From positions 45,136,001 to 45,200,000 of the forward strand of contig OZ024740.1 of assembly GCA_964016885.1 (NCBI GenBank): a stretch of DNA of 64,000 bases, in the 5' to 3' direction. A program made the translations under genes and the position numbers. The notes under the pieces were generated by a model. That model had not been told where the DNA came from. It worked only from the letters and a program-made list of their open reading frames with translations, and ran no database searches. Position 1 is the stretch's first letter. Every line of letters starts with the position of its first letter. Of the stretch, positions 47,195-61,761 are shown one piece after another. Source of the stretch: Eledone cirrhosa. Taxonomy: Eukaryota.

Positions 47195-47612
47195 TACACT
47201 CTGTAAGTGGTAGTGTTGGTGCCATAATAAAAGTCATCTAGTATACTCAGTAAATGGTAGTGTCAGTGCCATGATAAAATGTACCCAGTACACTCAGCAA
47301 AGTGATAGTGCATGTGCAATGATAAAATGCACTTTGTTCACTCATTAAAGTAATTGTGCTGGTGTCATGATAAAATTCACCCAGCACATTCTGTAAAGTG
47401 AGATTAAAGGTGCCATGATAAATGCCCTTAGTACATCCAGTAAATGGTAGGGATTGGTGCCACGATACACGCTGTAGAGTGGTTGACATTAGGAATGGCA
47501 TCCAGCTGAAGAAACCATGACAAAAATGGAACATGTGAGCAAAGCATAGTTCTCTGACCCATCTTATCCTACCTATGCTCACATAGAAAACAGATGTAAA
47601 ATGATAATGATA
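47195..47612 (+). repeat. Expanded ~43-bp subrepeat array in an RTE/SINE-type 3' tail
   Basis: About 6-7 degenerate units (GTAAAGTGGTAGTG..GGTGCCATGATAAAA.GCACCCAGTACACT) followed by GGTTGACATTAGGAATGGCATCCAGCTG and a (GAT)n-like tail. Similar array at 56400-56810. Confidence 0.7.
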
Positions 47613-47982
47613 ATAATTGTTTCTACTTTTGGCACAAGGCCAGCAATTACCCCAGTTCATTAATGCTACTTTATTTTATCAATCCCATAAGGATGAAAGG
47701 TAAAGTTAACCTCAGCAGGATTTGAACTCAGACCGTAAAGGGACGTAACTCTTTGCTGCAAAGCATGGCATCCGACCCTCTACCAATACTGCCATAATAA
47801 TTGTTTCTACTTTTGGCAAAAGGCCAGCAATTACACAGTGTATTACTGGTACTTTATTTTATCGACCTCGTAAGGATGAAAGGCAAAGTTAACCTCGGCT
47901 GGATTTGAACTCAGAATGGCAAGGACTGTAACTCTATGCGTCAAAGCATGGCGTCTGACCCTCTACCGATACTGCCAATCCC
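47613..47982 (-). mobile_element. Head-to-tail dimer of the tRNA-derived SINE
   Basis: Two consecutive copies at 47613-47795 and 47796-47982. Confidence 0.8.
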
Positions 47983-49052
47983 CATAATAATGATGACCGA
48001 TTGTGTTTGTATTTTTGTATTTTTCAATGTTATTAGGTTGTCAAGTTACATATAAAAAATATTTTCAGGATCTTTGTCCATGGAGGTTAAGATTGGGTTT
48101 AGATGATTAGATGAGGCATGCATAAAAAAGATCTAAAGAAGTAGGAGATAGATTGGTGTTTGCATTAGGAAGTGTGTTGTTAGATATTACGGAAAATGAA
48201 TTGTTGCTATAAAGAAAGAAGTGCAGATAACTGGGGCCTAAAAGAACTCTGTCAACAAACACTGGTGAAGTAACTTGAGATGAAGCTTCTGAATCAGAGA
48301 ATTAATACTGACGGTAGGGGAGGCATAAGCAAGCGGTTTGACATATTTTCATGCCAGACAGGAGCAAAGACTTTGCTGATTTTAAGAGCTTTGCTTTCAT
48401 TGTGATATAAGATTAAAAGAAAAAAGAAAAACACTTCTGGAAATTATGCTGTGCAGGTAAATATAATTTAAATAATAAGAGAGTTATATTATTAATTATA
48501 ATTCCATAAGTTCAGCTATGTTGGAACAAGAGACCAATAATGGTTTCTGGTTTCATGGTAAATATTTATAGAAAAAGAGAGCTTACCCTTAAACTCGTTT
48601 ACACATTTTGTTATACCTGATAATGAATTGCTTTCAACAACAACAACAATAATAAATGTTTCTAACATAAGCACAAAACAAGAATTCTGGTTGGAAATGT
48701 TAATTAGGGAAATTGATTCTATTGTTTGACTGGTAATTTATTTTATTCACACAAAAGGATGAAAGGCAACGTTGACCTCAGCAGGATTTGAACTGAGAAC
48801 CCTAAAACCATAACTAAATACCAACAAACAATTTATCAGTTGCTCTAACCATTTTATTAATCCACTACCCTTTTATTAACAATAATGGTTTCTCCATGGC
48901 GAGCAGTTTATGAAGGAAGAAAAAGTACTTCACTGGTACTTTATTTTATCAACCTTAGAAGGATGAAAGGTAAAGTTGACCTCAGTGGGATTTAAACTGA
49001 GAATGGTGCTCTAATGAATCAGTTAATCACCCCACCTCCTTTTACTACTAAT

Positions 49053-49275
49053 AATAATTGTTTTTACTTTAGGCACAAGGCCAGCAATTTGAAGCGGAAG
49101 GGAAAGTCGATTAAATCAACCACAGTGTATTACTGGTGCTTTATTTTATCGACCCCGTAATGATGAAAGGCAAAGCTAACCTCAGCGGGATTTGAACACA
49201 GAACGTGAAGGCCCGTAACTCTATGCCGCGAAGCATGCTGTCCGACGCTCTACCGATACTGCCAATCTGCTGCCC
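49053..49275 (-). mobile_element. Longer variant of the tRNA-derived SINE (also 52816-53012, 53382-53596; older copy at 60315-60525 on +)
   Basis: Same head and central domain plus an extra GTCGATT.AATCGACTTTCCC block before the tail. Confidence 0.75.
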
Positions 49276-49365
49276 TTTTTACTATTAATAATAATAAAAT
49301 AGAATGTATATAGGCATATCTCACCCTATGTTAATTGTTTCAGAAAGTCAAGAATTAAGTCAGAA

Positions 49366-49539
49366 ATGAGTTGTGGTGCACCTGGGCACTGTGCACAATA
49401 TTTCGTTATTGTTATTATATCATGACTCATACACTGTTTATTTTCCTGACATTTGTACATTATTCTATGTACTATACATGCACCTTTGATGAGTTGTAGT
49501 GCACCTGAGCACTGTACACAATAATTTCATTATTATTAT
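49366..49539 (+). mobile_element. CR1 3' UTR fragments (tandem)
   Basis: Matches 31650-31770, including the AGTGCACCTGAGCACT hairpin and (TTA)n. Confidence 0.8.
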
Positions 49540-52151
49540 AAAATGATGAATGTCGAATTAATTCCTGCCCTATAAACCACTAATGGACATATTTTAACAT
49601 TTATTTAAATGTGATTTTATGTTTTTATTGTTTTTTTAGTGTTTTTGTGGTTTAATATTTTTGGCAAACCGACGTAAATTGCAAATGGCAAACCGATGTC
49701 AATTGACATAACACAAGGTTTATTTTTGCCATATAATATTAAGAAAAACTGCCATAACTTCGAAAATGATGAAACCCAAAACAATGTAAGCTGAGGTATA
49801 CCTATATATCTACATACATTCAATTCATTAAATGTATGTAGCAGTTTGGTAGGCATTAAGCACCTGTCAGTTACCTTCCCTGACTTAATTCCAGCTGTGA
49901 CCATCCTATTTTATTTTCCCATTTAATGTGTACTCCCTATTTTAAGGTGATTTGAAGTAGATTTGGCTGTTATTTCTAAAGGTTCAAACAGCTTCATAAA
50001 GGTTCAGTCATGGGTATAGTTTCCATGTGGTAATGGACATGTGCAGGTAAAAGGAAATTACACACGTGTTTCTTGTTGCCAAGTATGTTCAGGTTCTAAG
50101 CAAACATAAATATGCTACACTAAATAGTGGCTTATTGTAACATTCATTATCAACCTAATAAACTGGCAATAATTAATTAGTAGATCATAAGCCTGGCTTC
50201 TACTGTAGCCACTCTCAGTAAAGACATGGGTGGTAAAAGCTGCATGCATAATACCAATTTCATAATTATATAGACATCCCTACAGTGGAAGCCAAGATAT
50301 CTGTGTGAGTATAAAGTTTGCTTCTAATCATGAGGTCCTGAGTTCTATTCCACTGAGAGGCATCTTGGGCAAGTGACTTTACAATAACCTCAAGTCAACC
50401 CAAGCCTTGTGAGTGAAATTAAGTAGATGGAAACTGCATTAAAGCCCATTGGATGCATTGTACATGGAATTCCAAGATCAAGCCTAGTCACAAATTAAAT
50501 CACACTGATTTAGCTTGAGAATTACATTAATGGTATATGTTTGTGGAATACTCAACCACTTACACATTAATTCATGCATTATGTATTCAGTTGATCAAAT
50601 AACTGAATGCTCATCGTCAAAATAGATGGAGGATCCATCAATATAAAGAGAAAGCTAGATTCACAGTTTATAATTGATGATCTTAGTGTCAGATTCTATT
50701 TTCATGTGCTTAGCCTCATTTAAATCAATGTTTTATTACTATGTTCCTCTGAGCCAAAACAAATATTTTGAGGATGCCATTTAGAAAATTCTACCTAGGG
50801 ATCAGATTACTTATATTTAGGCATCATATTCTCATTAGAGATTCCTCAATACTAAAAAGGCAGATCAGATTATCAAGCATTGAAAGTTATGTTAATTCTA
50901 CATGATGTAGGGAGACAAATAATTGAATAGCAGAGCTGCTTGGTTTCTATAAAAACTACAACCTCTGCCATCCCAATTGACCTTTAACCAGAGCACTATA
51001 ATTAAAGGTCACAGGAGCATGGTTTTAATTAGGTCACTAACATCTACTGGATGATGGCATTGTTAGAAGATGATGACTTGAATGCATTAAAATGCAAGAA
51101 TCATCTTGAAAATGTTCCACTCAGTTCATCCTACAACTGCCCCATCCATCAACATTTCTATGTGTGATGCAGCGTCTGTCTAGGTATTCTGCCACAATAT
51201 CTCAGAAATGTACACTGCAATAACTAAGTTGCCTATGATTTAACTAAGACTTATATGAGTTAATTTTCTACAAATATTTTAATGAGTTAACCTTTCAAAC
51301 TTCCAAAAAGTATTCAGCCAAAAATTCGATGTAGATACAACTGGGACATAATTTTCTTCAAATTTGTTTATTTATTTATTTTAATGGATAGAATTGAATA
51401 TAACAATAGAAAATTCCTGGGGTTTTTTTTGGGGGGGAGGGTTTTTTTTCATGAATCTTGAAAGCTCTTCAATTTTATTAGTAAGTTTTACCTATTTATT
51501 AAATTGAAACATTTTAAACATGGTTTATGGTAACATGAACTTTTAACCATATAGTTAAATGGCTTCAGATCTAATGAAATCAATATTTACCGTGGAACAC
51601 AGCAAAACTATTTATTATTTTTTCTAATCACTGCTCTGCTTCCCTTACCAGTAGCATCTATTTAAAAAAGTAACTTTCTGTCAAAGAGATATCATTCTCC
51701 TGAATCCATTATACACTGTAAAGTGGTTGGCATTAGAAAGGATATCCTACCATAGAAACCATGCAAAAATGAAACATCATCATCATCATTTAACATCTGT
51801 CTTCTCTACTAGCAAGAGTTGGCAGGTTTTAACAGACCATGTCAGTACTCAAGGAAAGCTATCTCTCAGATGAGCCAAGTACATTTTATCATGGTGCCAG
51901 CTCTAGGTAGGTTGTCATGCCTTTGACACAATAGAAGAATCCTGCTAGTCCTTTGTTTGGCAAGATTTTTACAGATGCATGCTCTTCTTATCATCAGCAA
52001 CTTTACAGAGTGTACTGGGTGCATTTATTGTGTAGACCACAATAGAGAAGTTGTCATACAGTTAACACAACTGAAAAATCCTCTTGACTATTTTTGGCAT
52101 GGTTTCTCCAGTGGGATGCCCTTTTTATGACCAACCTCTCTCTTCCTCTTG

Positions 52152-52266
<115 letters not shown>

Positions 52267-54249
52267 ATTGGGGAAAATATCTCCAACCTATCAGTCAATA
52301 AATTATTTGAACAGACAAAAATCAGCAGACACTTTCATTTCACTGCTAGAATGTATGGAATAACATACAGTGATTAACAGAAGAGCTTTGTTCATGAAAA
52401 GCTCTAAGTGTTTTAGTGTGAGATGTATATCAACTCTTTTTGGTGCCACACCACCTCTGGTTCTGTGATACAAAATGGTTTGTTTTAACATGTCTAGGTT
52501 TATCTAAAGAAAAACTTTCCATTATAATTTTATGTAAGATTCTTTGTTCAGTTATGTTCCAAATCTCAACTTAATAATGGGGAAGTTAGTTATATTGGTA
52601 AATCCCTCCAAATCCTTGATTATTTTAAAAATTATTTGAAAATCGCTGACAGTATTTTTTATTAAAAATATGGTAATGAAAAAGTTAAGACACTAAGTAC
52701 ATTGTTCTTTATGATGAGATGAACCACAAGGAATTCAACTTTAACAGAGTAGGATCAGACAGCTACATTAGAATATGAACATTTATTATTCAATATCAGC
52801 TTCCCAGTCATTTCAATAATGGTTTCTGATTTAGTCACAAGGCCTGCAATTTGGAGGTATGGGAAAGTCGATTAAATCGACCCCAGTGCATTATTGGTAC
52901 ATTATTTTATGAAAGGCAAAACTAACCTCAGTGGGATATGAACTCAGAACATAAAGGAACCTAACTATACACCACAAAGCATGTTGCCCGATGCTCTACC
53001 AATACTGTAAATCCAATACAAAGTATAATGGTTTGTTTCAATGATAGTCAATGTTACCTATATTTGCCTACACAGTTAAACATATCTCCATGCGAAGACT
53101 TATTGAAACAGAAAGTTTTCAAACACCATTTGTATATTACATTTACATAAAATAAAAATGAAATTTTAGATCAGAGTCATTAGTAACATTATTCAAGAAT
53201 GTCTCCAAAAATATGAAATACAATCTAAACTATAATCTTTGTCATCAATCAACTAGGTCTGCATGTTTGTATTTTGATATTGAGTCAGGAAAGGCTTCCT
53301 GACAGATAGGATATTGCCTTGTAAAAAGTCTCGTTCAACTCATATATGGAATAAAAAACTAAAATCGATGATGATGATGATAATAGTTTCTACATTTGGC
53401 ACAAAGCCAGTAATTTGAAGGGAAGGGGAAAAGTCGATTGAATTGACCCCAGTGTATTACTGGTTCTTTATTTTATCGACCATGTAAGGATGAAAGTCAA
53501 AGCTAAGCTCGGCGGTATTTTAACGCAGAACATAAAGGGCCGTAACTCTATGATACAAAGCATGTTATCCGATGCTCTACTGATACTGCCAATCCACAAT
53601 GATCATAATGGAGTTGATGATATCGGTAGAACCCAATTGGAAGATAAATATGCATAAAATTATTAAAGGTTTAACCAATACAGATGTTAAGTGACAAGTT
53701 GCAAATGAGTCCCCATTATAGTGTAGTTGATTGGATCAACAGACATATTCTGCAGTTGAGTAACATAGAATTAATACTGTTACTATGAATGCTTGAGAGT
53801 TTCCATAATAATCCTTCACGTGCAGCAATAATAAAAACCTGAAGCTAAATATAATAGCAAGGCTAACAGAGGTAGACTTATCAGAGAAGTATGCTGCATT
53901 CTAAAAAAGTATTTCTTGATTACAAAATCTTCTCACTCCTTACAGCACTGAACTATAAGGTACTGAAATAATTGATAGTGTGTTGGACAAATTCTTAGCA
54001 ATATTTGTTCCAATTCATTAGTTTCTGAATTTAAATCCCTCTGAGGTCAATTTCACCTTTCAGCCTTTCAGGTTAAAAAGAAATAAATTACCGGTCAAAA
54101 AGTATGGTTGATATGATCAACTTTTCCTTTTCTCTATATTATGCTTTGCAAGAAAATTTAGTAGGCTCTCACTAGTTTGTTTCTTCAAGCTAACATTTTG
54201 GTTATGAAAGAAAACCTCTTTTTATTGGATTGTTTCTTTTGTAAATCAT

Positions 54250-54840
54250 ATGAAGGACGATAGCTGTATAACAAAGTGCAGGGCAATAAAGATAGACGGT
54301 AGCCACGGAATAGGCAGACCCAGAAAAACCTGGGACGAGCTGATAAACTCCGACCTCACACACTTACACCTCACCAAGACAATGTCACTGGACCGAGACC
54401 TTTGGCGGTACTCAGTAATAGAGAAGACCCACCTTACCTAAATACAAAGTAAAACCTACTACAGTCAGTAGGCATCTCTAACAAAATACACCCCCGCCCC
54501 ACCACCACCACCCCCACCCCATCCACACCGCCCCCTTCTATGTAAAGTTATGTTGGTGCCACACCATCCAGGCCGAAACAAATGAGATCGTGTAGGTGTC
54601 ACGACAAAAAAACACACAGTCCATGCTGTAATGTGGCCGTGTAGGCAACACGGTAAAGACCTCCCAGACCCACACTGTAAATGTGGTTGGTGTTAGGAAG
54701 GGCATCCAACTGTAGAAAACCTGCCAGACAGTCCTATGCGAGCAAGACAATCACTCTTGCCTCAAGTGGGAAAACCCCCGTCCAAACCCATGCAAGCGTG
54801 GAACACGGACGTTAAACGTTGATGATGATGATGATGATGA
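54250..54840 (+). mobile_element. 3' fragment of RTE subfamily 1, followed directly by a SINE (54845-55032)
   Basis: MKDDSCITKCRAIKIDGSHGIGRPRKTWDELI and 3' UTR nearly identical to 8280-8830; (GAT)n tail. Confidence 0.9.
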
Positions 54841-55232
54841 TTTAGTGAATTGGCAGTATCGGTAGAGGGTCAGACGCCATGCTTTGACGCATAGAGTTAC
54901 AGCCCTTGCCATTCTGAGTTCAAATCCTGTCGAGGTTAACTTTGCTTTCATCCTAACGGGGGTCGATAAAATAAAAGTACCAGTAATACATTGGGATAAT
55001 TGCTGGCCTTGTGCCTATTGTAGAAACAATTATATAAATTGTATTAACAATGAAATAATTTCACCATTTTAAAAGAAAGATGTTGGATATTTTATGTACA
55101 CTACATAAATTCAATGTTTATATAATTCAAAGATCAATATTGTAGCAGCTCAAAATGTCTTCTCTTTAACATTACACCAGCTGAAATATTTACGAGCAGA
55201 TTTATATTTCAAATGATGAATATAGTAGACAA

Positions 55233-55676
55233 TCATCATCATCATCATCATCACCATTTTACATCCATTCTTCCATGCTAGCATGGGTTAGACGTATTGT
55301 CCTGTTGTGGGCCGTGTCCAGTCAGCTGACCTTGTCTTGCTCATACGGGAACTAATTCTGGCTTGATTTCTACAGCTGGATGCCCTTCCTAACACCAACC
55401 TCATTTACAGTGAGTGCTGGGTGCTTTTTTCCGTGACGCCTACACGTCCACTTTACAGTGTGGGCTAGGTGCTTTTTTGCCGTGGCACCTCCACGACCAC
55501 TTTGCAGTGGAATGATAGGGATCCCAGTCCTATCATCTCATTTCTACAGCTGAATAAACTGGAGCAATGTGAAATAAAGTGTCTTGCTCAAGGAAACAAC
55601 ACATCACCCAGTCCAAAAATTGAATTCACAACCTTTCAATTGCAAGTCCAATGCTCTAACCACTAAGCCATGTGCC
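55233..55676 (-). mobile_element. Full composite SINE: tRNA head plus RTE subfamily 2 3' UTR
   Basis: 55511-55676 is the tRNA-like head/body; 55233-55510 aligns with the LINE 3' UTRs at 20153-20424 and 24533-24800. Confidence 0.85.
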
Positions 55677-58600
55677 TTCACAATATTTTTTAAAAAAAGG
55701 TAGAGTCACTACTTCTCCAAATTGAAAGATCACAGCTCCGATACTATGGGCATGGGGTTAGAATGTCTCAGGAAAGAATCACTGGACAGATTTTATTAGC
55801 AAAACCAACTGGCAGTAAGATGGTTAGATAACATCCATGAGCTTGGCTGGTCTTGCTTGAGGGGGAGGAGAATATAGTAGACATTGTTTGTAAAGATCTT
55901 TCTGACACTCACTTGTTTTTATGAGATTCTTATCATCTTAACATAAATATATTCATTTATTAGATTCTGTATATAATACAAGATGACTGCTACTTGCCAA
56001 AGTGAACTAGTGTAAAATATTTCCTTGCTACCTCACAGTTAGGGGTCTGAGCACAAAAGGTTCTACCTAAATAGATTGTTTCATCATTTGATGCTTAATC
56101 CTTCCTCTCGTTTTCTGGTTCATCACTGTTAACTTTCTCCAAGAAACACAGGTTAATAAGAGACCAATCTGAAGTAAATTATTACCAGCTAGATTCTTCA
56201 TCCTAAATAGCATGATTGCCATTAGCATTCCATTATTCGTTATCACCCTTTCAATATCCTGACATCATTAATAAGAATCAAATGAAGTATATAAAGATTG
56301 GCACAGTTTAGTGTGCAGTCAGCAGCCATGAAGGAAAGAAAAATCACTTGTAGTAACAATAGAAGAGTAAGAGAATGTAAGTGATATACATGCATAGGCA
56401 GAGTTTAAAAGGTGGTTATGCTGCTGCCATAACGAAAACACCCTATCTACCCTGTAAGGTGGGAGTGTTAGTGACAAAAAGTACCCAGTTCATCTTGTAA
56501 GGTGGTAGTTCTGGTGCCACAACAAAAGCATCCAGCCTAACTTATAGAGTGGTAGTGTTGGTGCCACAACAAAAAGCACCCAGTCTGCTTTGTAAAGTAG
56601 TAGTGCTTTTTGCTGGTACCACAAAAAATGGTCTGAGTCCACACTGTAAAGTGGTTGGCATTAGTAAGGGCATCTGGCTGTAGAAACCAATCCAGAAACA
56701 GAATGTATGAGTAGGATCTGATCATCTGACCTGTCTGGCTTCAGAACATGGCAACCTATCTAACCCATGCAAGCATGGAAAATAGACATTAAACAGTGAC
56801 AATGATGATGCATGCATAGACAGGTTATCAATAAAAAAAATCATAGCATTGTTATGTATGTGATCTAGCTTTCTGGGTAGTAAAAGGAATGCAGAACAAT
56901 TACAAGTACAGGGATCATATTTCATAGTAAAATAAATGTTAGCTGTTAATATGTTAGCTAAGATACTTAGTAGTTCTGAAAAGAAATTCAAATTATATGC
57001 TCTAAAAGATATCTTGACCACATTGAATATATAATGCTGAAACTGACAGAGGAGATGACAAAAGAATGTTGTAAGTGGAGGAGGGAGGCTCTACTGGAAA
57101 GAATCCATCCAATCCATACAAGTTTGGAACTGCAGACATGAAATATTGATGATGATGATGTTAAGAAACCTCAGTATGTCTCAAGAGATAAAGAATCCAT
57201 AAGCATATAGGATCGTTTGTTGTATCATATTAAATATTTTGCTAATATTTAATATGACACTTGATTTCCTTAAACTTTTCACAGCACTGCACTTGGGAGT
57301 GATATGTTTAACATACTTTATTAGTTGTTACTGATAACAGAATAGGATCTTAGATGTTTGATGATATGTTATATGATAATGGGGGTCATTTGAGTATTAA
57401 TGGGAAGTTCCCTTACTTTACAACAAGGGACATGGTTGTTTCATTTTAAATAGATCATTGTGATAAGGGAGACTTTGAAGATTTTGTTGAATATAGTAGA
57501 TAATTTTAGAACAGTTTCATTTCCACTTAATGATTTATGAAAGCTGATAAAATAGGATTTTCTTTCTCAAACTTAGTGACTGAATAAATGGGCCTAGAGA
57601 TAGATAAGTCTTTTTTTTTTAAGATAGATAATTTTTTATGATCATGGTGATATTAATGGTATAAAGAATTCTTTAAAACGATTAAAGAAAAATATCTAGA
57701 GAAGAATTAATGAAAGTTGCTGAAAATGAGCATATAATAAAAAGCATTACTATAGCTGTAGAAGTGTGTGAGTTTGTCAACAAGAAATTGGACAAAGATT
57801 CTTTGCTCATAAAAAAATAGAATAAAAGAATATGCTGTTAATAATTATAGCTAAAGTCTTTCAGATCTTTTAGATTTATTCTTTGAAGAACAACTTCAAG
57901 GTATTTTCCAGAAATCCATCACTTGAATGGGGATTTGGGGTTCTATTTGAGTAGGAAATCATCAAAAATCATTAGAATGAATGGAGTAGATTAGACAAGA
58001 TTATAACTTTCCCTTGCCATAATTATTCCAGATAAGATTACCAACATATTATCAATGGGTAAAGGGGCTCATTGTGATGCTAGGAAGAATAAAAGGGTAC
58101 AGATTATTTTTTAAGGTACAAACAAGATAGATTTTCAGTGTAAGTAGTAGAAATGAGCTATTGAGTCAGTTTCTAAGCAGATATTGTTTCCTACAAGTAA
58201 TAGCAATGTTTTAGCTACTTCTCTATCCAAGATTTTCAGTTTTTCAATTTTTTCTAATGAAAATCTTTAAAAGCAGTCTCATGTAGATTTTTTTTTTCTT
58301 GTTGAAAGCCAAAGATAATGGCAATTTTTTAAGGTTATACACCATTGTTTTGTGACATTTTGGCAAGTTCTTGTGAAACAAATTTAAAGTGGTGAACTGG
58401 TTAAGACAGCAATTGACATAAGGAAACAAACTAACAAATGAGTTATAGCACTGGACAATGAGCTTTGTAGTATTTGTTTCAGCTCCCTGTGTTCTAAGTT
58501 CAAATCCCGCTAAGGTCAACTTATCCGTTCAGTTATAATATAGTATAGCACCAGTTTAGAGTAGTGAATTAAAAGAATTGTTAGAGCATCAGATGAAATG

Positions 58601-59137
58601 CCCTGCAGTATTTGTTCCTGCTCTTTGCATTCTGAGTTCAAATCCTGCTGTGGTCTACTTCGATAGTAGACTTAATCTGTTGCCTGATTTAACATTACCA
58701 TTCACTCTTCAGTGCAAGCATTCAAGCCAAGACTCTGGTTTAAGGATACCTTTATTTTTCCCCCTCCCTCCCACTAGTCACAAAAGCCCTGAAAAGTGTA
58801 ACAGGTGTTGCTATTTCCTCCTTGATTAAACAGTTTCAAAAATGTATTCAAATGTTGGCAATACAGCAAAAATGTCATTAGGAAGGAGAAAGGAAAAAGT
58901 GCTCAATCTAGTGAAAGAGAGCTAATATATTATGATTCATACATATAACGTGTATTATGCTCCTTTGGGTTTCATGACAAAAGTGTGACGGCAAAAATCT
59001 GAAGTTGCTGCCTTGAAACCTAAGGTAATGCAATATATGTTATGTGTATAAATCATAAATGTTGGCTATATCAAAAAAATAATTCCCATTCATTTTCTAT
59101 ATTTGTTTAGTCTTGATGAGTTTAATTTTACAATTTT

Positions 59138-59603
59138 GCAACCCTATGGTCATGAATCTTGAGTAAAGATTGAAAGAATACGATCACAAATATTAGCAGC
59201 CAAAATAAGGTTCCTTTGAAGGGTCTTTGGAGTACCGTTTCTTGATAGAATGTGTAACTCGGAAATCAGTTACTCCAGGTAGAGCCGCTACTTCTCCGAG
59301 TTGAGAGATCATAGCTCTAATACAATGGGCATGTGGTTAGATTGTTACAGGAAAAATCGCTGGATAGATTTTATGGGCAAAACTAACTGGCAGGAGACCC
59401 AGGTGTAGACCCTGAGCAAGATATTTGGATAACATCCATGAGCTTGGCTGGTCTCACTTGGGGATCCAGCCAGATCAGTTGGAGACAGCTTCTGAGAGGA
59501 TCCACAGAAAAGGAATGTTTGAGTACTCTGCCCCCACAACCCTCTCAGGAAGAAGAAGAAGAAGAAGAAGAAGAAGAAGAAGAAGAAGAAGAAGAAGAAG
59601 AAG
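59138..59603 (+). mobile_element. Rex3/Expander-type RTE 3' fragment with (GAA)n tail
   Basis: YGHES*VKIERIRSQILAAKIRFL*RVFGV remnant; ends in (GAA)n at ~59548-59603. Confidence 0.72.
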
Positions 59604-59669
59604 ATCATAGGCAGTGTATTTCATTTGATATATATATAGTATCAAAATGGTTAAACAAGTAATACTTAC

Positions 59670-59956
59670 GTCTGATATGTAGATATGCAGCAGTTGTTGC
59701 AACTCCTTGGGAGTTTTCTGCTCTGCAACGGTAAAATCCACCATCTGACTGCAAAACATTCTCAATGTGCATTGAAATAATTCCATCTTTATCGTATTCA
59801 AAATTGTAACGTTTTTTATCGGTTATATCTATACCATCCTTGAACCACCTTATTGAAGGCCGGGGATTGCCAATAACTTGACATTCGAATCGCTTGGACC
59901 CACCAATGGTAACTTCAGCCTTTCCAGGCATGCTGACAGATATGCAGCTTGGAGAC
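59670..59956 (-). CDS. Internal exon, one Ig I-set domain, probably upstream exon of the same giant Ig gene
   Basis: Acceptor tttgcAG at 59958-59957, donor C|GTAAGT at 59669-59668. 287 nt, phase 2/1. SPSCISVSMPGKAEVTIGGSKRFECQVIGNPRPSIRWFKDG...DGGFYRCRAENSQGVATTAAYLHIR. Confidence 0.88.
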
Positions 59957-61485
59957 CTGCAAAAACAATAAAGCAGAAGGTGAATTAAATAGTAACTTTA
60001 TATCTCATATCGATCAATTCTCCGGTTGCTCTTTGAACACCTAAACGTGGATACTCTCTTAAGAATGGGTTTTTAAACCTGAAAATATTTGAGATAAATA
60101 AATTTGCTATGGTAAAATTCTATTGTCCTCACTCTTTCCTCTATAACTCCTATTACCTTGGCACTTTTAATCTTGCATGCATTGTAAGGCTTCCAAATAT
60201 TTAAACTTATTTAAATTTGTGTTTCCTGTTCCACAATGCATCAAGCAAACTACAACACTTCTTTTAGTGCTTATTTCAAGTAACATACTTTTTATCATGA
60301 TAATATGAAATAGGACAGTGGATTGTCAGTATCAGTAGAGCATTGGATAAAATGTTCTTCATTAAGATGTTCTACATTCTGAGTTCAAATTCCTTCAAGG
60401 TCAACTTTGCATTTCATCTTTCCAGGTTTGATAAAATAAAGTGTCAGTTAAGTACTGGACTCAATATTATCAACTTTTCCCTTTCTCCCAAACTGTAGGC
60501 TTTGTGCCAATGTTTGAAAGAATTATGATAAAATCAAATTAAAACAAAAATATTTATTTATGTTGGTGCCAGGAAGGGCATCCAGCTGCTTCAAAATATT
60601 TCATGCAACCCATACAACGGGGGTGGGGGAAATGACTAACATGAAAGAAAAAAACAAAATGTATTTTAACCACAATTTTTACATTATTTTACAATGTTTG
60701 GATTATTTTAACCGTTGGTATAACTACTAATGTGTGTTATCAACACTAGCTATATACCTCTATGATTAACTATAAATGACTCTTATATAGAAGCAAGAAG
60801 ACTAGTTAAATTAACCATATATTTTAGGAGGAATTTAATTTACCAAAATTACTAGCACCATAGAAACCATAGCAACCTTTGTAATTGTGCATTTGAGAGT
60901 TATATATCAGCTGATAGAGATAGTGTTACATATGTATATATTCATATGATGTCGTACCAGTAGATAAGTCACACTAATAGATAATTTATACCTCCATTTT
61001 ATATAATATTTACAATGTACCATCATCTTCATCATCATTTAATGTCCATTTTCCCTGCTAGCACGGGTTAAACAGGTTATCACAGACCAAGTCAGTACTC
61101 AAGCAGAGCTACTGACTTCTCAGAAGGACTAGGAACCTGCATGTTGCCCTATAATCTGCATTTCCTCTTCCCTGGCTTTTATATCTTCCGCCATCATCTT
61201 TAACCATGTCTTTCTTGGTCTTCCTTTTCTTCTATTTTTCTCCACATTCAATTTCTTCACTCCTCTCACACAGTCACTTTCATCCTACTTAACACATGGC
61301 ACAAACATTGTATTCAATTTTTTTCACAACATTCATCATTGTTTCTATTCCCATCAACCTTTTTCAATTAAGAGTGTTAGTGTAAAATTATCGACCCCTA
61401 TTTTATGTTGAAGATTTAATATTGAATTGACTTTACTTGCAAAACTTTTCAACCAAAGTATAATTAAATTAGATACCAGACTCTT

Positions 61486-61761
61486 CATCATCATCATCAT
61501 CATCAGGTTTAGCGTCCGTGTTCCACGCTTGCATGGGTTTGGACGGGGGTTTTCCCACTTGAGGCAAGAGTGGTTGTCTTGCTCACATAGGACTGTCTGG
61601 CGGGTTTTCTACAGTTGGATGCCCTTCCTAACACCAACCACATTTACAGTGTGGGGCTGGGAGGTTTTTACCGTGTTGCCTACACGGCCACATTACAGCG
61701 TGGACTGTCTGGCGGGTTTTCTACAGCTGGATGCCCTTCCTAACACCAACCACATTTACAT
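61486..61761 (-). mobile_element. RTE subfamily 1 3' UTR fragment with internal duplication
   Basis: Matches 8280-8495; the GGACTGTCTGGCGGGTTTTCTACAG block is repeated. Confidence 0.8.

Noticed and set aside
59548-59603. Poly-E, poly-R or poly-F coding stretch
   Set aside because: (GAA)n tail of a Rex3-type RTE fragment.
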